From positions 128,833-192,832 of IMG/VR virus record IMGVR_UViG_3300027710_001079: a stretch of 64,000 bases of DNA; one strand, given 5' to 3'. A program made the translations under genes and the position numbers. A model generated the notes under the pieces. It made no database searches. It saw only the letters and a program-made list of their open reading frames with translations, and was not told the DNA's origin. Source of the stretch: a virus. Taxonomy: Duplodnaviria > Heunggongvirae > Uroviricota > Caudoviricetes. This document shows, piece by piece, positions 10,118 to 18,538 of this stretch. Each line of letters opens with the position of its first letter. The first letter of the stretch is position 1.

Positions 10118-10738
10118 ATGGAAATTCAGTCAAGGATAGATGGTAAACAGATCGTTGTAAATTTACAACAGAATGTGTCTTACGGATTAATGATGTCGGG
10201 CGGGTTAGATAGTGCTGTGTTACTTTATCTAATGCTTAAAGCCTGTCCTACTGCAAGTATACAGCCGTTTTATATTGCCAAGCATGACGGATCGTATGCT
10301 TACATAGACGGCATTATTGAATACATTAACCTATTGTTCAATATTCGTATACCCCAACCTATTAAAGTAGGCTCCCCAGACATACATCATACACAGATCA
10401 ATCAAGCAGGTATTAGGCAGGTGTTATTTAAACACCCCGAAATAGAAAAGTTGTTTATTGGTATTAACCAAAATCCGCCACAACCTTGGGGAGATCCTAA
10501 ATGGGAATTTCCCAATAGGCCCACCTTTAACAGTAATCTCAGAATAGAGATGCCTTTTATGATGCTATACAAGACACATATAGTTGATCTTGTTAATCAA
10601 TTTGAAATTCAGGCACTCGCAAATCTTACGCACACCTGCACCGAACAGGTTACCGGAAGATGTATGAAATGTTTCCAATGTAGCGAACGAGCTTGGGCAT
10701 ACCAAACGCTCGGATTAATAGACCACGGTAAACTTTAA
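10118..10738 (+). CDS. queC: QueC-like PP-loop ATPase (7-cyano-7-deazaguanine synthase family)
   Basis: MMSGGLDSAV PP-loop motif. C-terminal RCMKCFQCSERAWA matches the QueC zinc-binding CxxCxxC motif. Confidence 0.6.
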   Translation: MEIQSRIDGKQIVVNLQQNVSYGLMMSGGLDSAVLLYLMLKACPTASIQPFYIAKHDGSYAYIDGIIEYINLLFNIRIPQPIKVGSPDIHHTQINQAGIRQVLFKHPEIEKLFIGINQNPPQPWGDPKWEFPNRPTFNSNLRIEMPFMMLYKTHIVDLVNQFEIQALANLTHTCTEQVTGRCMKCFQCSERAWAYQTLGLIDHGKL

Positions 10739-11610
10739 GTAGGAGTATCGTAACTCCACTTCCAAGTACGACTATCTTCTAAACCCAATTGTTCACATAG
10801 CTCGTCAGTAAACGTTCCGTCAACTCTAAGTGTATATCGAAATACTGGTTCAGGGTCAACTCCGTGGTAGTCACGGTTATTGAAGAAGTAACTACGAGCG
10901 TCACTATCTAGATAAATCTTTTTCTTAGCCTTTTCGTCCCAAATAAAACTAGGGCGGCTCCCACTTGCAAAAAATAAATTAATATTGTGATCACTGTGTT
11001 CAGCCATAACACTGTCTCGATGTGTTACCACTCCGGCATTTGGATAAGTTGTAAAAAATAAAACTCGACCAATTGTCTTAAACGGCAGTTGATCAATGTA
11101 CTTAACTACCTTGGGGAACAACTTTGCAGCCTCGGTCCATTGCCCGAAGTCTTGTGTCTTTTTCCCAAAATCATTTTTCTTTAAGTACAATGCAAAGAAC
11201 CATGGAATAACTGCACCCATGGCGAAATAAGCATATTTGTACATTGCCTGCATTTCTTTTCCGGGACTACGATCGATAACTTCTTTAAGAGCTTCTCGAT
11301 GTACGCCTGTTGGATCGTACTTGTGTAGTTGTTGAAGCATCTCACTCCAACAATCGTGTCCACCAAACCTAGCAACTTCCTCTGGAGGTAATGCTCCGTA
11401 GGTCATCCCCATTTTATATTCTTCACTCAGTGCAAGACCTTTGCAACATTCGATATGAAGTTCCTGGTCTTGACTGTGATCAATATATTTGTCCATTGAC
11501 AAAATAGGGAGTCGATTCTTACCGACTCCCTTAATGCCATATTCTGTATAAGGATATGATACTATATTCTGCGTATGAAACTTTAAGGATGTGTGTTGCT
11601 GATCTTTCAT
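10735..11610 (-). CDS. cupin/2OG-Fe(II)-oxygenase-like protein (aspartyl beta-hydroxylase-like), putative
   Basis: H-x-D...H arrangement (VVTHRDSVMAEHSDH) in the C-terminal half. Weak. Confidence 0.3.
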   Translation of the reverse strand: MKDQQHTSLKFHTQNIVSYPYTEYGIKGVGKNRLPILSMDKYIDHSQDQELHIECCKGLALSEEYKMGMTYGALPPEEVARFGGHDCWSEMLQQLHKYDPTGVHREALKEVIDRSPGKEMQAMYKYAYFAMGAVIPWFFALYLKKNDFGKKTQDFGQWTEAAKLFPKVVKYIDQLPFKTIGRVLFFTTYPNAGVVTHRDSVMAEHSDHNINLFFASGSRPSFIWDEKAKKKIYLDSDARSYFFNNRDYHGVDPEPVFRYTLRVDGTFTDELCEQLGLEDSRTWKWSYDTPT

Positions 11611-12077
11611 TAGTCTACACTCCTAAAAGTTCGCCAATCATCAATGTTTGGTTTTTCATCTACATCATATGTCCAGCCTAACGCCTTCATCATGCGATGT
11701 TTGACTAATAGATTAGGACTACGGAATCGTCCTGTATCTTCAAAGCCCATCATTACACCAACTTCGCATACTGCACCCGAACGGCAAATGCCAGCAAAGC
11801 AATGCACTACAACATTCATTCGATTCTCTTTTGCGTGTTGCAGTAGGCGAACAAGCTCTGCGGCTTGCTCATGACTGCACTTCATAGCTTCTTCCAGTAC
11901 TTCGTCCTTTTCTTCTACATCCAAGAACTCAAAGTTATGTTGTTCCTTGAACTTGTGGGCAGGAGTAGGACGCCAGCTTGCTGGATCAACAATACTGATC
12001 AGCATCGAATTCTCACCTGCTTCGTGATGAAACCTCTTAGGGATATCATCAGCGGCTACGTTTTCAATCCATGGCAT
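11610..12077 (-). CDS. dual-specificity/tyrosine protein phosphatase
   Basis: HCFAGICRSGAV is the CX5R P-loop of PTP/DSP phosphatases. Confidence 0.7.
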   Translation of the reverse strand: MPWIENVAADDIPKRFHHEAGENSMLISIVDPASWRPTPAHKFKEQHNFEFLDVEEKDEVLEEAMKCSHEQAAELVRLLQHAKENRMNVVVHCFAGICRSGAVCEVGVMMGFEDTGRFRSPNLLVKHRMMKALGWTYDVDEKPNIDDWRTFRSVD

Positions 12078-12093
12078 TTCAATACTCCAAATG

Positions 12094-12273
12094 TTAATTA
12101 GCTCTTAATCGCTCAATTTCGTTTGCGGCTTCTTCTAAAAGGTTTGCAATTTTGTCGGGCTTACCTTCTTCTACTGATTTACGACCTTGAATCTGTCGTC
12201 GAATTTCTGCCCGCTTACGCAAACGGAACACAAGGCTCTGTTCTGCTACAGGTAAATGGCTTTCATCTATCAT
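12094..12273 (-). CDS. hypothetical small coiled-coil protein (59 aa, below ORF-track cutoff)
   Basis: Hand translation MIDESHLPVAEQSLVFRLRKRAEIRRQIQGRKSVEEGKPDKIANLLEEAANEIERLRAN. Fills the minus-strand gap between the phosphatase and the HD hydrolase. Confidence 0.3.
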   Translation of the reverse strand: MIDESHLPVAEQSLVFRLRKRAEIRRQIQGRKSVEEGKPDKIANLLEEAANEIERLRAN

Positions 12274-12382
12274 ACAGTCTCCACAATATAGTATCCCGAA
12301 TTAGGGTAGCGTTCTTGCAACCATTCCAACATGCCCGGTTCATTGGGCAGTTGGATTGAGTTATATTTGTTAGTAATGTACA

Positions 12383-12919
12383 TCATGCACCTACAAACTC
12401 ACTAGCACGAGCATGTAAGCCCGCATCGCCCTTGGTCATCACTGCCAACGCCATACGCTTTTCTTCTAAGTAAGTCTTAGCAAAGGCAGGATCGTGTGCC
12501 ACAATGCTACGACTGTTAGAGATGAAATCGGCTAACTTGATAGTCTGTGCTTCAGCTGGTGCAGATGCAGTGTGTTCACGATCAATTGCCTTACGAACTG
12601 CACGGTTGCCGTCTTCTGGCTTTGACACATCAGTTAACCAACTTACTAATCCTGCAACTTCGGGACCGAAGTTCATGTGGATGTCAGTTAAGGTAACCCC
12701 AGTGTCTTCCACAGTGTCGTGTAACCAAGCAGCCGCAACCATTTCCGGAGTACTATCCGGAACCTCTGCTACGATCCTTGCAACTTCTGCAGGGTGAACA
12801 AAGTAGGGTTCGCCGGTATACTTACGCTTTTGCCCGACCGCACTGTGAGCAGCGATGGCAAAAACTTGGGCCTTGTGTACCAAGTCCATTCCAGTTAATT
12901 CCATAGTAAATCCTTCCAT
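12383..12919 (-). CDS. HD-domain (p)ppGpp hydrolase (SpoT/Mesh1-type small alarmone hydrolase)
   Basis: HSAVGQKRKYTGEPYFVHPAEVA...LHDTVEDT are the RelA/SpoT hydrolase-domain signature motifs (H, HD, ED). Confidence 0.7.
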   Translation of the reverse strand: MEGFTMELTGMDLVHKAQVFAIAAHSAVGQKRKYTGEPYFVHPAEVARIVAEVPDSTPEMVAAAWLHDTVEDTGVTLTDIHMNFGPEVAGLVSWLTDVSKPEDGNRAVRKAIDREHTASAPAEAQTIKLADFISNSRSIVAHDPAFAKTYLEEKRMALAVMTKGDAGLHARASEFVGA

Positions 12920-12945
12920 GCTACTCTCCTTGTTAATAAGTGTAT

Positions 12946-12974
12946 ATTATAGCATGGTTTTACCATACTGTCAA
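12946..12974 (-). promoter_or_regulatory. consensus sigma70 promoter (TTGACA-17-TATAAT)
   Basis: Minus strand reads TTGACAgtatggtaaaaccatgcTATAAT. -35 at 12969..12974, -10 at 12946..12951. Sits upstream of the HD hydrolase start. Confidence 0.6.
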
Positions 12975-13201
12975 CCGGAAGTTTTCAGCACTTTCTGTAT
13001 AGTAATTTCTACTACTAAATGCTTACGAAGAAGCATGAACTTTTTAAACTTGGCTTCTACTTCAGATTGTATATATTCGTCATGATAGGGCACAGTAGCA
13101 ACATCTTCGTAGGGCTCGTCATTTTCATCGAGTGCTATAAATTTCAATGTTACCATGCCCTGCTCGGGCTCTTTAAACAATTTGGCAAGTTTGTTAAACA
13201 T
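12971..13201 (-). CDS. hypothetical protein
   Basis: ORF-track 76 aa. Confidence 0.35.
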   Translation of the reverse strand: MFNKLAKLFKEPEQGMVTLKFIALDENDEPYEDVATVPYHDEYIQSEVEAKFKKFMLLRKHLVVEITIQKVLKTSG

Positions 13202-13209
13202 GCAAATAT

Positions 13210-13758
13210 TTAGTGATGACTTTTGATTTCATTGTCCTTGATCAAGCGGATTGCACGATCCATCGAGATAACGATTTCACCGGTTGAGTCCATACCTACA
13301 TCCATACAACGATATTTTTCCATACCTGTAGTTCCTCCGTGTAAGTGCCCGTGAAAGTGTAATGCTCCCCTGTGCATTTGATCCCATTCAAAAATAGGAT
13401 AGTGAAACATCACAATCTTGTGTCCATCATAGGTAATGTCCAAGTATTCGTGTACTTCTGCAAACGCACTACGGAATGTTTGATCCATCAATGTTTTGCG
13501 ATCATGATTACCACGTACCAAAATCTTTGTACCGTACAAACGATTCACCATACGTCCAGCATCACTGCCGCTCATGAACGCTACATCACCTAAGATGTAT
13601 ACAAGATCTTCCGGAGACACTTTAGCGTTCCATTCTTCCGCCATTGCATTGTTCATGTATGCAACATCGTTATTAAAACGTGCTCGTGTCTGTGGACAGA
13701 AACTCATAATGTTCTTGTGTCCAAAGTGTAAGTCGCTAGTAATCCATGTTTTCATCAA
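13210..13758 (-). CDS. calcineurin-like metallophosphoesterase (Ser/Thr phosphatase family)
   Basis: DLHFGH...GDV...GNHD metallophosphatase motifs. 182 aa. Confidence 0.65.
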   Translation of the reverse strand: MMKTWITSDLHFGHKNIMSFCPQTRARFNNDVAYMNNAMAEEWNAKVSPEDLVYILGDVAFMSGSDAGRMVNRLYGTKILVRGNHDRKTLMDQTFRSAFAEVHEYLDITYDGHKIVMFHYPIFEWDQMHRGALHFHGHLHGGTTGMEKYRCMDVGMDSTGEIVISMDRAIRLIKDNEIKSHH

Positions 13759-13928
13759 TACGTCTCTTTTATAATATCATATAGCTCAGCAGGCCACGCA
13801 GCCTTAAATTCTTCAGTCTTAACATATTCATTGTAGGATTTGGCTTCAAAGAAGACTTTCTTGAATACGCTCATATGCTTACCCTTAGGCAAGATTGTGA
13901 GATAGATTGATTTTGCTTTTCCTGCCAT
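13755..13928 (-). CDS. hypothetical small protein (57 aa, below ORF-track cutoff)
   Basis: Hand translation MAGKAKSIYLTILPKGKHMSVFKKVFFEAKSYNEYVKTEEFKAAWPAELYDIIKETY. Its stop overlaps the next start (ATGA-type coupling). Confidence 0.3.
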   Translation of the reverse strand: MAGKAKSIYLTILPKGKHMSVFKKVFFEAKSYNEYVKTEEFKAAWPAELYDIIKETY

Positions 13929-13956
13929 GATGTTTCCTTAAGTGTAGTAATTATAT

Positions 13957-13985
13957 ATTATACAGTCAAAAGAAAGCCCTGTCAA
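13957..13985 (-). promoter_or_regulatory. consensus sigma70 promoter with the -35 in a terminator-like hairpin
   Basis: Minus strand reads TTGACAgggctttcttttgactgTATAAT. Hairpin gccctgcTTGACAgggc overlaps the -35. Confidence 0.6.
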
Positions 13986-13997
13986 GCAGGGCAGTAA

Positions 13998-14468
13998 TTA
14001 CTGTGCAAACCAAACTTGCGTGAAGCCTTCTTCTACAGTGGGCTCTTCCCAGCTGGCAATCATGCTGGCAACAACATGCTCGGGAATAATCTTACCATCA
14101 TCCCATCGGCTCTCTAATCGCCGCATGAGCTCCTTATGCTCGGGTGTCTTAAACACCACAGCAATATGTTCATAGTTAGGCAACATGTTAAACTTGCGAG
14201 TACGACTTATTAAAGTAGTACTGGTTTGATCCCAGATGATGTCTTTGCCTGCTTCCCGGGCTTCTACTACTTTGTCAGCCATCAACTTTACAGCGGTTGG
14301 CATGTATTCTACAAATACTTCTGAATAGGTCTTACCTTGTTCTCGAGCATAGGCTTCAACAAAATCGTCAGTAGAAACTACTACACAGTCAGGAGCCCAA
14401 TCTTGTTCTTTAATCCAAGTGCTCTTACCTGAAGCAGGCACTCCGACCAATTGATAACATTTTGCCAT
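13998..14468 (-). CDS. P-loop NTPase/kinase (AAA_33 / polynucleotide-kinase-like)
   Basis: LVGVPASGKST Walker A motif. 156 aa. Confidence 0.5.
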   Translation of the reverse strand: MAKCYQLVGVPASGKSTWIKEQDWAPDCVVVSTDDFVEAYAREQGKTYSEVFVEYMPTAVKLMADKVVEAREAGKDIIWDQTSTTLISRTRKFNMLPNYEHIAVVFKTPEHKELMRRLESRWDDGKIIPEHVVASMIASWEEPTVEEGFTQVWFAQ

Positions 14469-14471
14469 TTA

Positions 14472-15221
14472 TTACCTTACTTTGATATTTTTAAATTGTT
14501 GCCTTGAAATAACGATTACCCTAATATCTGCACCAAGCAGATCAATCGGATTAGGAACTTTGTAACCAACTGATTCGAACTGTTCCAAAATACTAACACA
14601 TTCTTTAAAGTCTGAAGTTTTCATTAGCCATGCTTCAAAATGAATAACACTAGGCAGTATAGAAAGACTTAATAAGGATTTTAACAATGAATAGTCAACT
14701 CCATCTAAATCCATTTTTAAATATGCACTGTTTGGTGCAAGATTAAAAATTTCAACTGCGGCTTCGTTACATGTTTTTGGATTTGCAATAGGCAAATTAA
14801 CTGTTATGTCAGCTCTAGTTGTTGTTTTAATTGACGAGGTATCTCCCGACTTATCAAGGTCCACTGTTATATGACTAGGAAAATTGTCACTATCAATAAT
14901 TGACATTTCAACTATATCTATATTAGCATCTAATTGCTCTCTTGTCAATAGTTCTTTTGCAAGATATAGGTATACAGGAACAGCATCGATTAGTATATGC
15001 CTATCCGGATTTACTATTTTTTTTACTTGTGCTGATAGAATACCTAGCCAACACCCCATGTCAACAAAAGTATTGCATCCGTGTGCGGTGTAAAACTCTC
15101 TAATAGTTTCAACTTCTGGATAAGTTGGTTCTCTATTATACTCTGCTCTTTGCTGAGAGACTAGCACTTTCTCTAACCAGCCTGGCGTATTTTTTGGTTT
15201 TGGGTATTGATCTATTTTCAT
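14472..15221 (-). CDS. FkbM-family SAM-dependent methyltransferase
   Basis: FVDMGCWLGILS glycine-rich SAM motif in an FkbM-like context. 249 aa. Confidence 0.45.
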   Translation of the reverse strand: MKIDQYPKPKNTPGWLEKVLVSQQRAEYNREPTYPEVETIREFYTAHGCNTFVDMGCWLGILSAQVKKIVNPDRHILIDAVPVYLYLAKELLTREQLDANIDIVEMSIIDSDNFPSHITVDLDKSGDTSSIKTTTRADITVNLPIANPKTCNEAAVEIFNLAPNSAYLKMDLDGVDYSLLKSLLSLSILPSVIHFEAWLMKTSDFKECVSILEQFESVGYKVPNPIDLLGADIRVIVISRQQFKNIKVR

Positions 15222-15227
15222 ATTAAT

Positions 15228-15301
15228 TGGAGCGGGATAGGAGAATCGAACTCCTGACTAAACCTTGGCAAGGTTTCGTTTGACCATTAAACTAATCCCG
15301 C
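15228..15301 (-). tRNA. tRNA-Gly: tRNA-Gly(GCC)
   Basis: Hand fold. Acceptor GCGGGAT, D arm GTTT-AATGGTC-AAAC, anticodon stem AAACC/GGTTT, loop TTGCCAA, T loop TTCGATT, CCA encoded. 74 nt. Confidence 0.8.
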
Positions 15302-15310
15302 ATACCTTTC

Positions 15311-16081
15311 TTATTTAAGTAACCACTTGAATAAAGTACAAGGGTCATACTCCCAATATTTACCACTAACCCCAGAACCAAAATCAAATGACTTTGGATC
15401 TTTATGGTGATTGTTATGCCATCCTTGGCCCCATGCAAAAATTCCTAAAATAGGAACATTAGTTGACAGGTCTTTTAACTCGAAATTTCTATACCCGGCG
15501 GCAGGAGTATGGCCAAATAAATCTACTAGATTTTCTTGGTGTTGTGCTATGGTCATTGCAATAACAAATCCATATAAGGCTGCTTGCCAGGAAATCAATC
15601 CAACAACTAGCAATGTAATCCAAATGATTTTATTGTAGTGTTTATGTATGAATAAATGAAATGGATCTCTTAACAAGTCAACAGCGTATTTCAAGTTAAC
15701 ATCGGTGGGCTTTAACTTGAATATCCAGCCCATATAGGCACTCCACTTGCCGTGTATAGGGCTGTGGAAATCTTTAACTGTGTCAGCCGATGCATGATGA
15801 TATCCTCTATGCAATGCTACCCAAAATATAGGGCTTCCTTGACATCCAAACATACCTAACACAGCTAATACTTTTTTCTTCCACGGTACAACTGCTAAAG
15901 CATTATGACTTATAATTCTGTGATAGCCAACAGCGATTCCCAGGCCACTAAACAGTGTCCAAAAGATAAAACTGCTCCATAGCCAAATCCAGTCATGCAG
16001 TACAAACATAGTCGTAACTGCTAGAACAAATAGAATATGTATTGGAATAGTAATACTTTTTACATGTTGACTTGTAAACAT
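15311..16081 (-). CDS. membrane fatty-acid (acyl-lipid/acyl-CoA) desaturase
   Basis: Three histidine boxes: HRIISH, HRGYHH, HNNHH. Hydrophobic segments between them. Confidence 0.7.
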   Translation of the reverse strand: MFTSQHVKSITIPIHILFVLAVTTMFVLHDWIWLWSSFIFWTLFSGLGIAVGYHRIISHNALAVVPWKKKVLAVLGMFGCQGSPIFWVALHRGYHHASADTVKDFHSPIHGKWSAYMGWIFKLKPTDVNLKYAVDLLRDPFHLFIHKHYNKIIWITLLVVGLISWQAALYGFVIAMTIAQHQENLVDLFGHTPAAGYRNFELKDLSTNVPILGIFAWGQGWHNNHHKDPKSFDFGSGVSGKYWEYDPCTLFKWLLK

Positions 16082-16090
16082 AATTTATTT

Positions 16091-16687
16091 TTATAAACCT
16101 GCTATTGGTGGTCTGTATTTTTGTTGCAATATGTGATGTCGTACCAGCATGTCTTGCGGCCATACTGCACCTTTCATTAATACAGAATCAAACTCTTTAT
16201 ATTTAGATCTTGTCAGTGCAGGAATTACATGATCAAAATTAATATCATAATGCTTTCTTTCAGGCACTAGATTTCCCCAAATTCGTTCGTGGGATTTTAC
16301 ATATTTTAATGGAATACTACTGTAGTATTCAAACAGCATTTTTTGCTCTGCAAAATTAATTGCATGACTCATTAGTGATGCTATACCTTTCATGGGAATA
16401 GAGGTTACTGCCGTTGCATCATTAACTACTTTTTGTAGATACCAGACTGGTCGACTAGAACTTAATTGCATAATTAAGTAACTTAGTAGGTTATCATTTT
16501 CAAAATATCCCCAGCATAAGTGATCTTCTATATTGTGATCCAATAAAGTATATACAAAGTATGCTTCATTCTTATCCCAGAAATTTATTTTACCTACTTG
16601 ATCGGGAGTTACACCTGCGTGTCTTTCGTGTGAAAGCGTTAATCTTTCGACTAAACTAACATGCTCTAGACCCAGAAGTGTAATCAT
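16091..16687 (-). CDS. hypothetical protein
   Basis: ORF-track 198 aa. Confidence 0.4.
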   Translation of the reverse strand: MITLLGLEHVSLVERLTLSHERHAGVTPDQVGKINFWDKNEAYFVYTLLDHNIEDHLCWGYFENDNLLSYLIMQLSSSRPVWYLQKVVNDATAVTSIPMKGIASLMSHAINFAEQKMLFEYYSSIPLKYVKSHERIWGNLVPERKHYDINFDHVIPALTRSKYKEFDSVLMKGAVWPQDMLVRHHILQQKYRPPIAGL

Positions 16688-16690
16688 GTT

Positions 16691-16918
16691 TCAATAATGT
16701 TCGCTCTTTTTAGGAGGCTTACGAAGTTTTTCCAAATAATTACGACCTACTTTACCTGCTTCAATTTCTCGAAGTGCAGTAACGTTAAATCCGTTATTAC
16801 AAGTAACCATAGGCATATGCCCACGCTTTAGTTCTCTTGCACGAATTGATGCAATTAGTACTAGATCAAAACGATTACCAACCATCTCTACTGCTGCCTG
16901 TGACGTTAAACGTGCCAT
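16691..16918 (-). CDS. rpoZ: DNA-directed RNA polymerase omega subunit homolog
   Basis: [33 protein letters not shown] aligns closely with E. coli RpoZ [33 protein letters not shown]. Confidence 0.7.
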   Translation of the reverse strand: [75 protein letters not shown]

Positions 16919-16951
16919 GTGTTTCCTTGAAGTTAAAGTTAAAATTAAACA

Positions 16952-17065
16952 GGTTCTCTTTTTTACGTGCTACCACTACACCAACGTGAAGACCAACTCA
17001 CGCCTAGGATTCGAACCTAGCCCCTCTTTTTTCAAGAAAGATTATTTTGATTGCTGAAAAGAACC
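16952..17065 (-). ncRNA. yrlA-like: Y-RNA-like tRNA mimic (YrlA-type candidate) #1
   Basis: Minus-strand order: closing stem GGTTCTTTT...AAAAGAGAACC; T arm CTAGG-TTCGAAT-CCTAG; 7-bp acceptor-like stem GCGTGAG/TTCACGT capped by loop TTGGTC instead of open ends; D arm GTGT-AGTGGTA-GCAC. No anticodon arm. Confidence 0.5.
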
Positions 17066-17231
17066 TAAAGGTCAAAACTTACCGAGTAATAAATCTTACT
17101 AGCCGCAACCAGTAATATTTAATTCCTCTAAATGCCGGGAAATCAAATTCTATAAATGATACCGGCTCTTTGGGAATATTGCCGTATGCTTTATCAAGTG
17201 TGTCTTTCGCATTCATATAACATTCCTTTGT

Positions 17232-17306
17232 TGGTGGACCGACGGGGGATCGAACCCCGACCCGAGGCTTGCAAAGCCACTGTGCTCCCATTATCACTAT
17301 CAGCCC
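17232..17306 (-). tRNA. tRNA-Ala: tRNA-Ala(TGC)
   Basis: Hand fold. G3:U70 wobble in the acceptor, anticodon loop TTTGCAA, T arm CGGGG-TTCGATC-CCCCG, CCA encoded. Confidence 0.7.
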
Positions 17307-17310
17307 AAAA

Positions 17311-17384
17311 TGGATGCGGGTGACAGATTCGAACTGCCGATGCACCTGGCTTATGAGACCGGTGTGGTGACCACCCTACCCGCG
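17311..17384 (-). tRNA. tRNA-Met: tRNA-Met(CAT), possibly initiator-like (C1:A72 mismatch)
   Basis: Hand fold. Acceptor CGCGGGT/ACCCGCA with a 1:72 mismatch, anticodon loop CTCATAA, short D arm, T loop TTCGAAT, CCA encoded. Confidence 0.6.
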
Positions 17385-17548
17385 TAATTCTTGTTGATGA
17401 TTATTTTTGTGTCAGGAAACCATCCAACCCCGTGAGAGCAGCCCATCCTGTTTTCGCTTCAGCGGATGCGGAATTTGGATACAGGTCCGCACTAAATTCG
17501 TTTACATACTACTTATCTCATTGTACTCCGTATGTAAGGGAGATTCTT

Positions 17549-17625
17549 TTGGTCGGTGTGACACGATTCGAACATGCGACCACTGCGTCCCAAACGCAGA
17601 GCTCTACCAAGCTGAGCTACACACC
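17549..17625 (-). tRNA. tRNA-Pro: tRNA-Pro(TGG)
   Basis: Hand fold. D arm GCTC-AGCTTGGTA-GAGC, anticodon stem CTGCG/CGCAG, loop TTTGGGA, T loop TTCGAAT, CCA encoded. 77 nt. Confidence 0.75.
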
Positions 17626-17632
17626 GATTATC

Positions 17633-17708
17633 CTGGTACGTCCTGACGGGCTCGAACCGCCGACAGCTGCCGTGTAAAGGCAGAACTCTACCAACTGAGT
17701 TAAGGACG
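17633..17708 (-). tRNA. tRNA-Val: tRNA-Val(TAC)
   Basis: Hand fold. D arm ACTC-AGTTGGTA-GAGT, anticodon stem CTGCC/GGCAG, loop TTTACAC, CCA encoded. Confidence 0.75.
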
Positions 17709-17778
17709 CAAAATACAACAGGCTTCGCTTTTTTTCATTTACAGTGAAATTTTTATTTGCTGAAAGAAGCCTAAAAAT

Positions 17779-17852
17779 TGGAGCGGGGTAAGAGAATCGA
17801 ACTCTCAGCATTAGCTTGGAAGGCTAAGGTATTACCACTATACGAACCCCGC
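17779..17852 (-). tRNA. tRNA-Gly: tRNA-Gly(TCC)
   Basis: Hand fold. Acceptor GCGGGGT/ACCCCGC, D arm GTAT-AGTGGTA-ATAC, anticodon stem TTAGC/GCTAA, loop CTTCCAA, CCA encoded. Confidence 0.8.
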
Positions 17853-18367
17853 ATTAAATCTATTTAGTAAAACACACTAACACCGCTGGCAAAGTAATTA
17901 CATTACTTGATACGAGTACCTAATGTGTTTTAATAAAGTGTCTAGCTACCTACACCACATAGGCCCTAAACTGAGCGGTTTACTCTGTCTCACGTTATCC
18001 CTTATGGTTGGACTATTCGTCTACCTGTGATATTTTCCGTGCTCCTGAAATGAAGCCGTGTAGTAGATCTCACGCACTAAGTTCGTCGTTATGGCAAGGA
18101 AACCACTCGCCCACTTTAATAACGGTCAAGTGTAACCGGGTTTTTAACAGGTTAATACTAGTTTAACGTCCTAGCAGACAGCCATTTTTTTATTGCCGTA
18201 ATTAACCTAAATAGGTTTTTGAGAGACTGACTATCTTTCTTAAGGACTCATCAGGTTGTCTCGAATGAAAGAGTTTATGCAGACCTTGTACAATTCTACT
18301 GGTGTGTCATGCTCAAGAATAGGGCACTAGAATACAAGGGACTCATCTCACCGTCTATCTCAAAACT

Positions 18368-18459
18368 TGGTACCCCCGGCGGGAGTCGAACCCACACTAA
18401 CCAATTATCTGTTGCATACGGGATATAAATCCGCTGTTCTACCATTAAACTACAGGGGC
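18368..18459 (-). tRNA. tRNA, long-variable-arm (type II-like) gene; anticodon loop reads TTTATAT (TAT?), assignment uncertain
   Basis: Acceptor GCCCCTG/CGGGGGT, D arm GTTT-AATGGTA-GAAC, T arm GTGGG-TTCGACT-CCCGC, CCA encoded. There is a ~20-nt variable region. The anticodon stem has an A:C mismatch. 92 nt. Confidence 0.45.
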
Positions 18460-18538
18460 ATAAAATAACAGGATCAACTTTTTATGTTTCAGTATAAATG
18501 AAATTTTTATTATGTTTGCTGAACTGATCCTAAAAACT

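Noticed and set aside
12123-12359. 78-aa plus-strand ORF between the phosphatase and HD hydrolase
   Set aside because: Opposite to the operon orientation. A 59-aa minus-strand ORF with coiled-coil character fits the gap better.
17079-17345. 88-aa minus-strand ORF, and plus ORFs 17407..17646 and 17432..17677
   Set aside because: Overlap the hand-folded tRNA-Ala, tRNA-Met and tRNA-Pro genes. Only a 45-aa C-terminal remnant (17079..17216) is free of tRNA overlap and there is no motif support.
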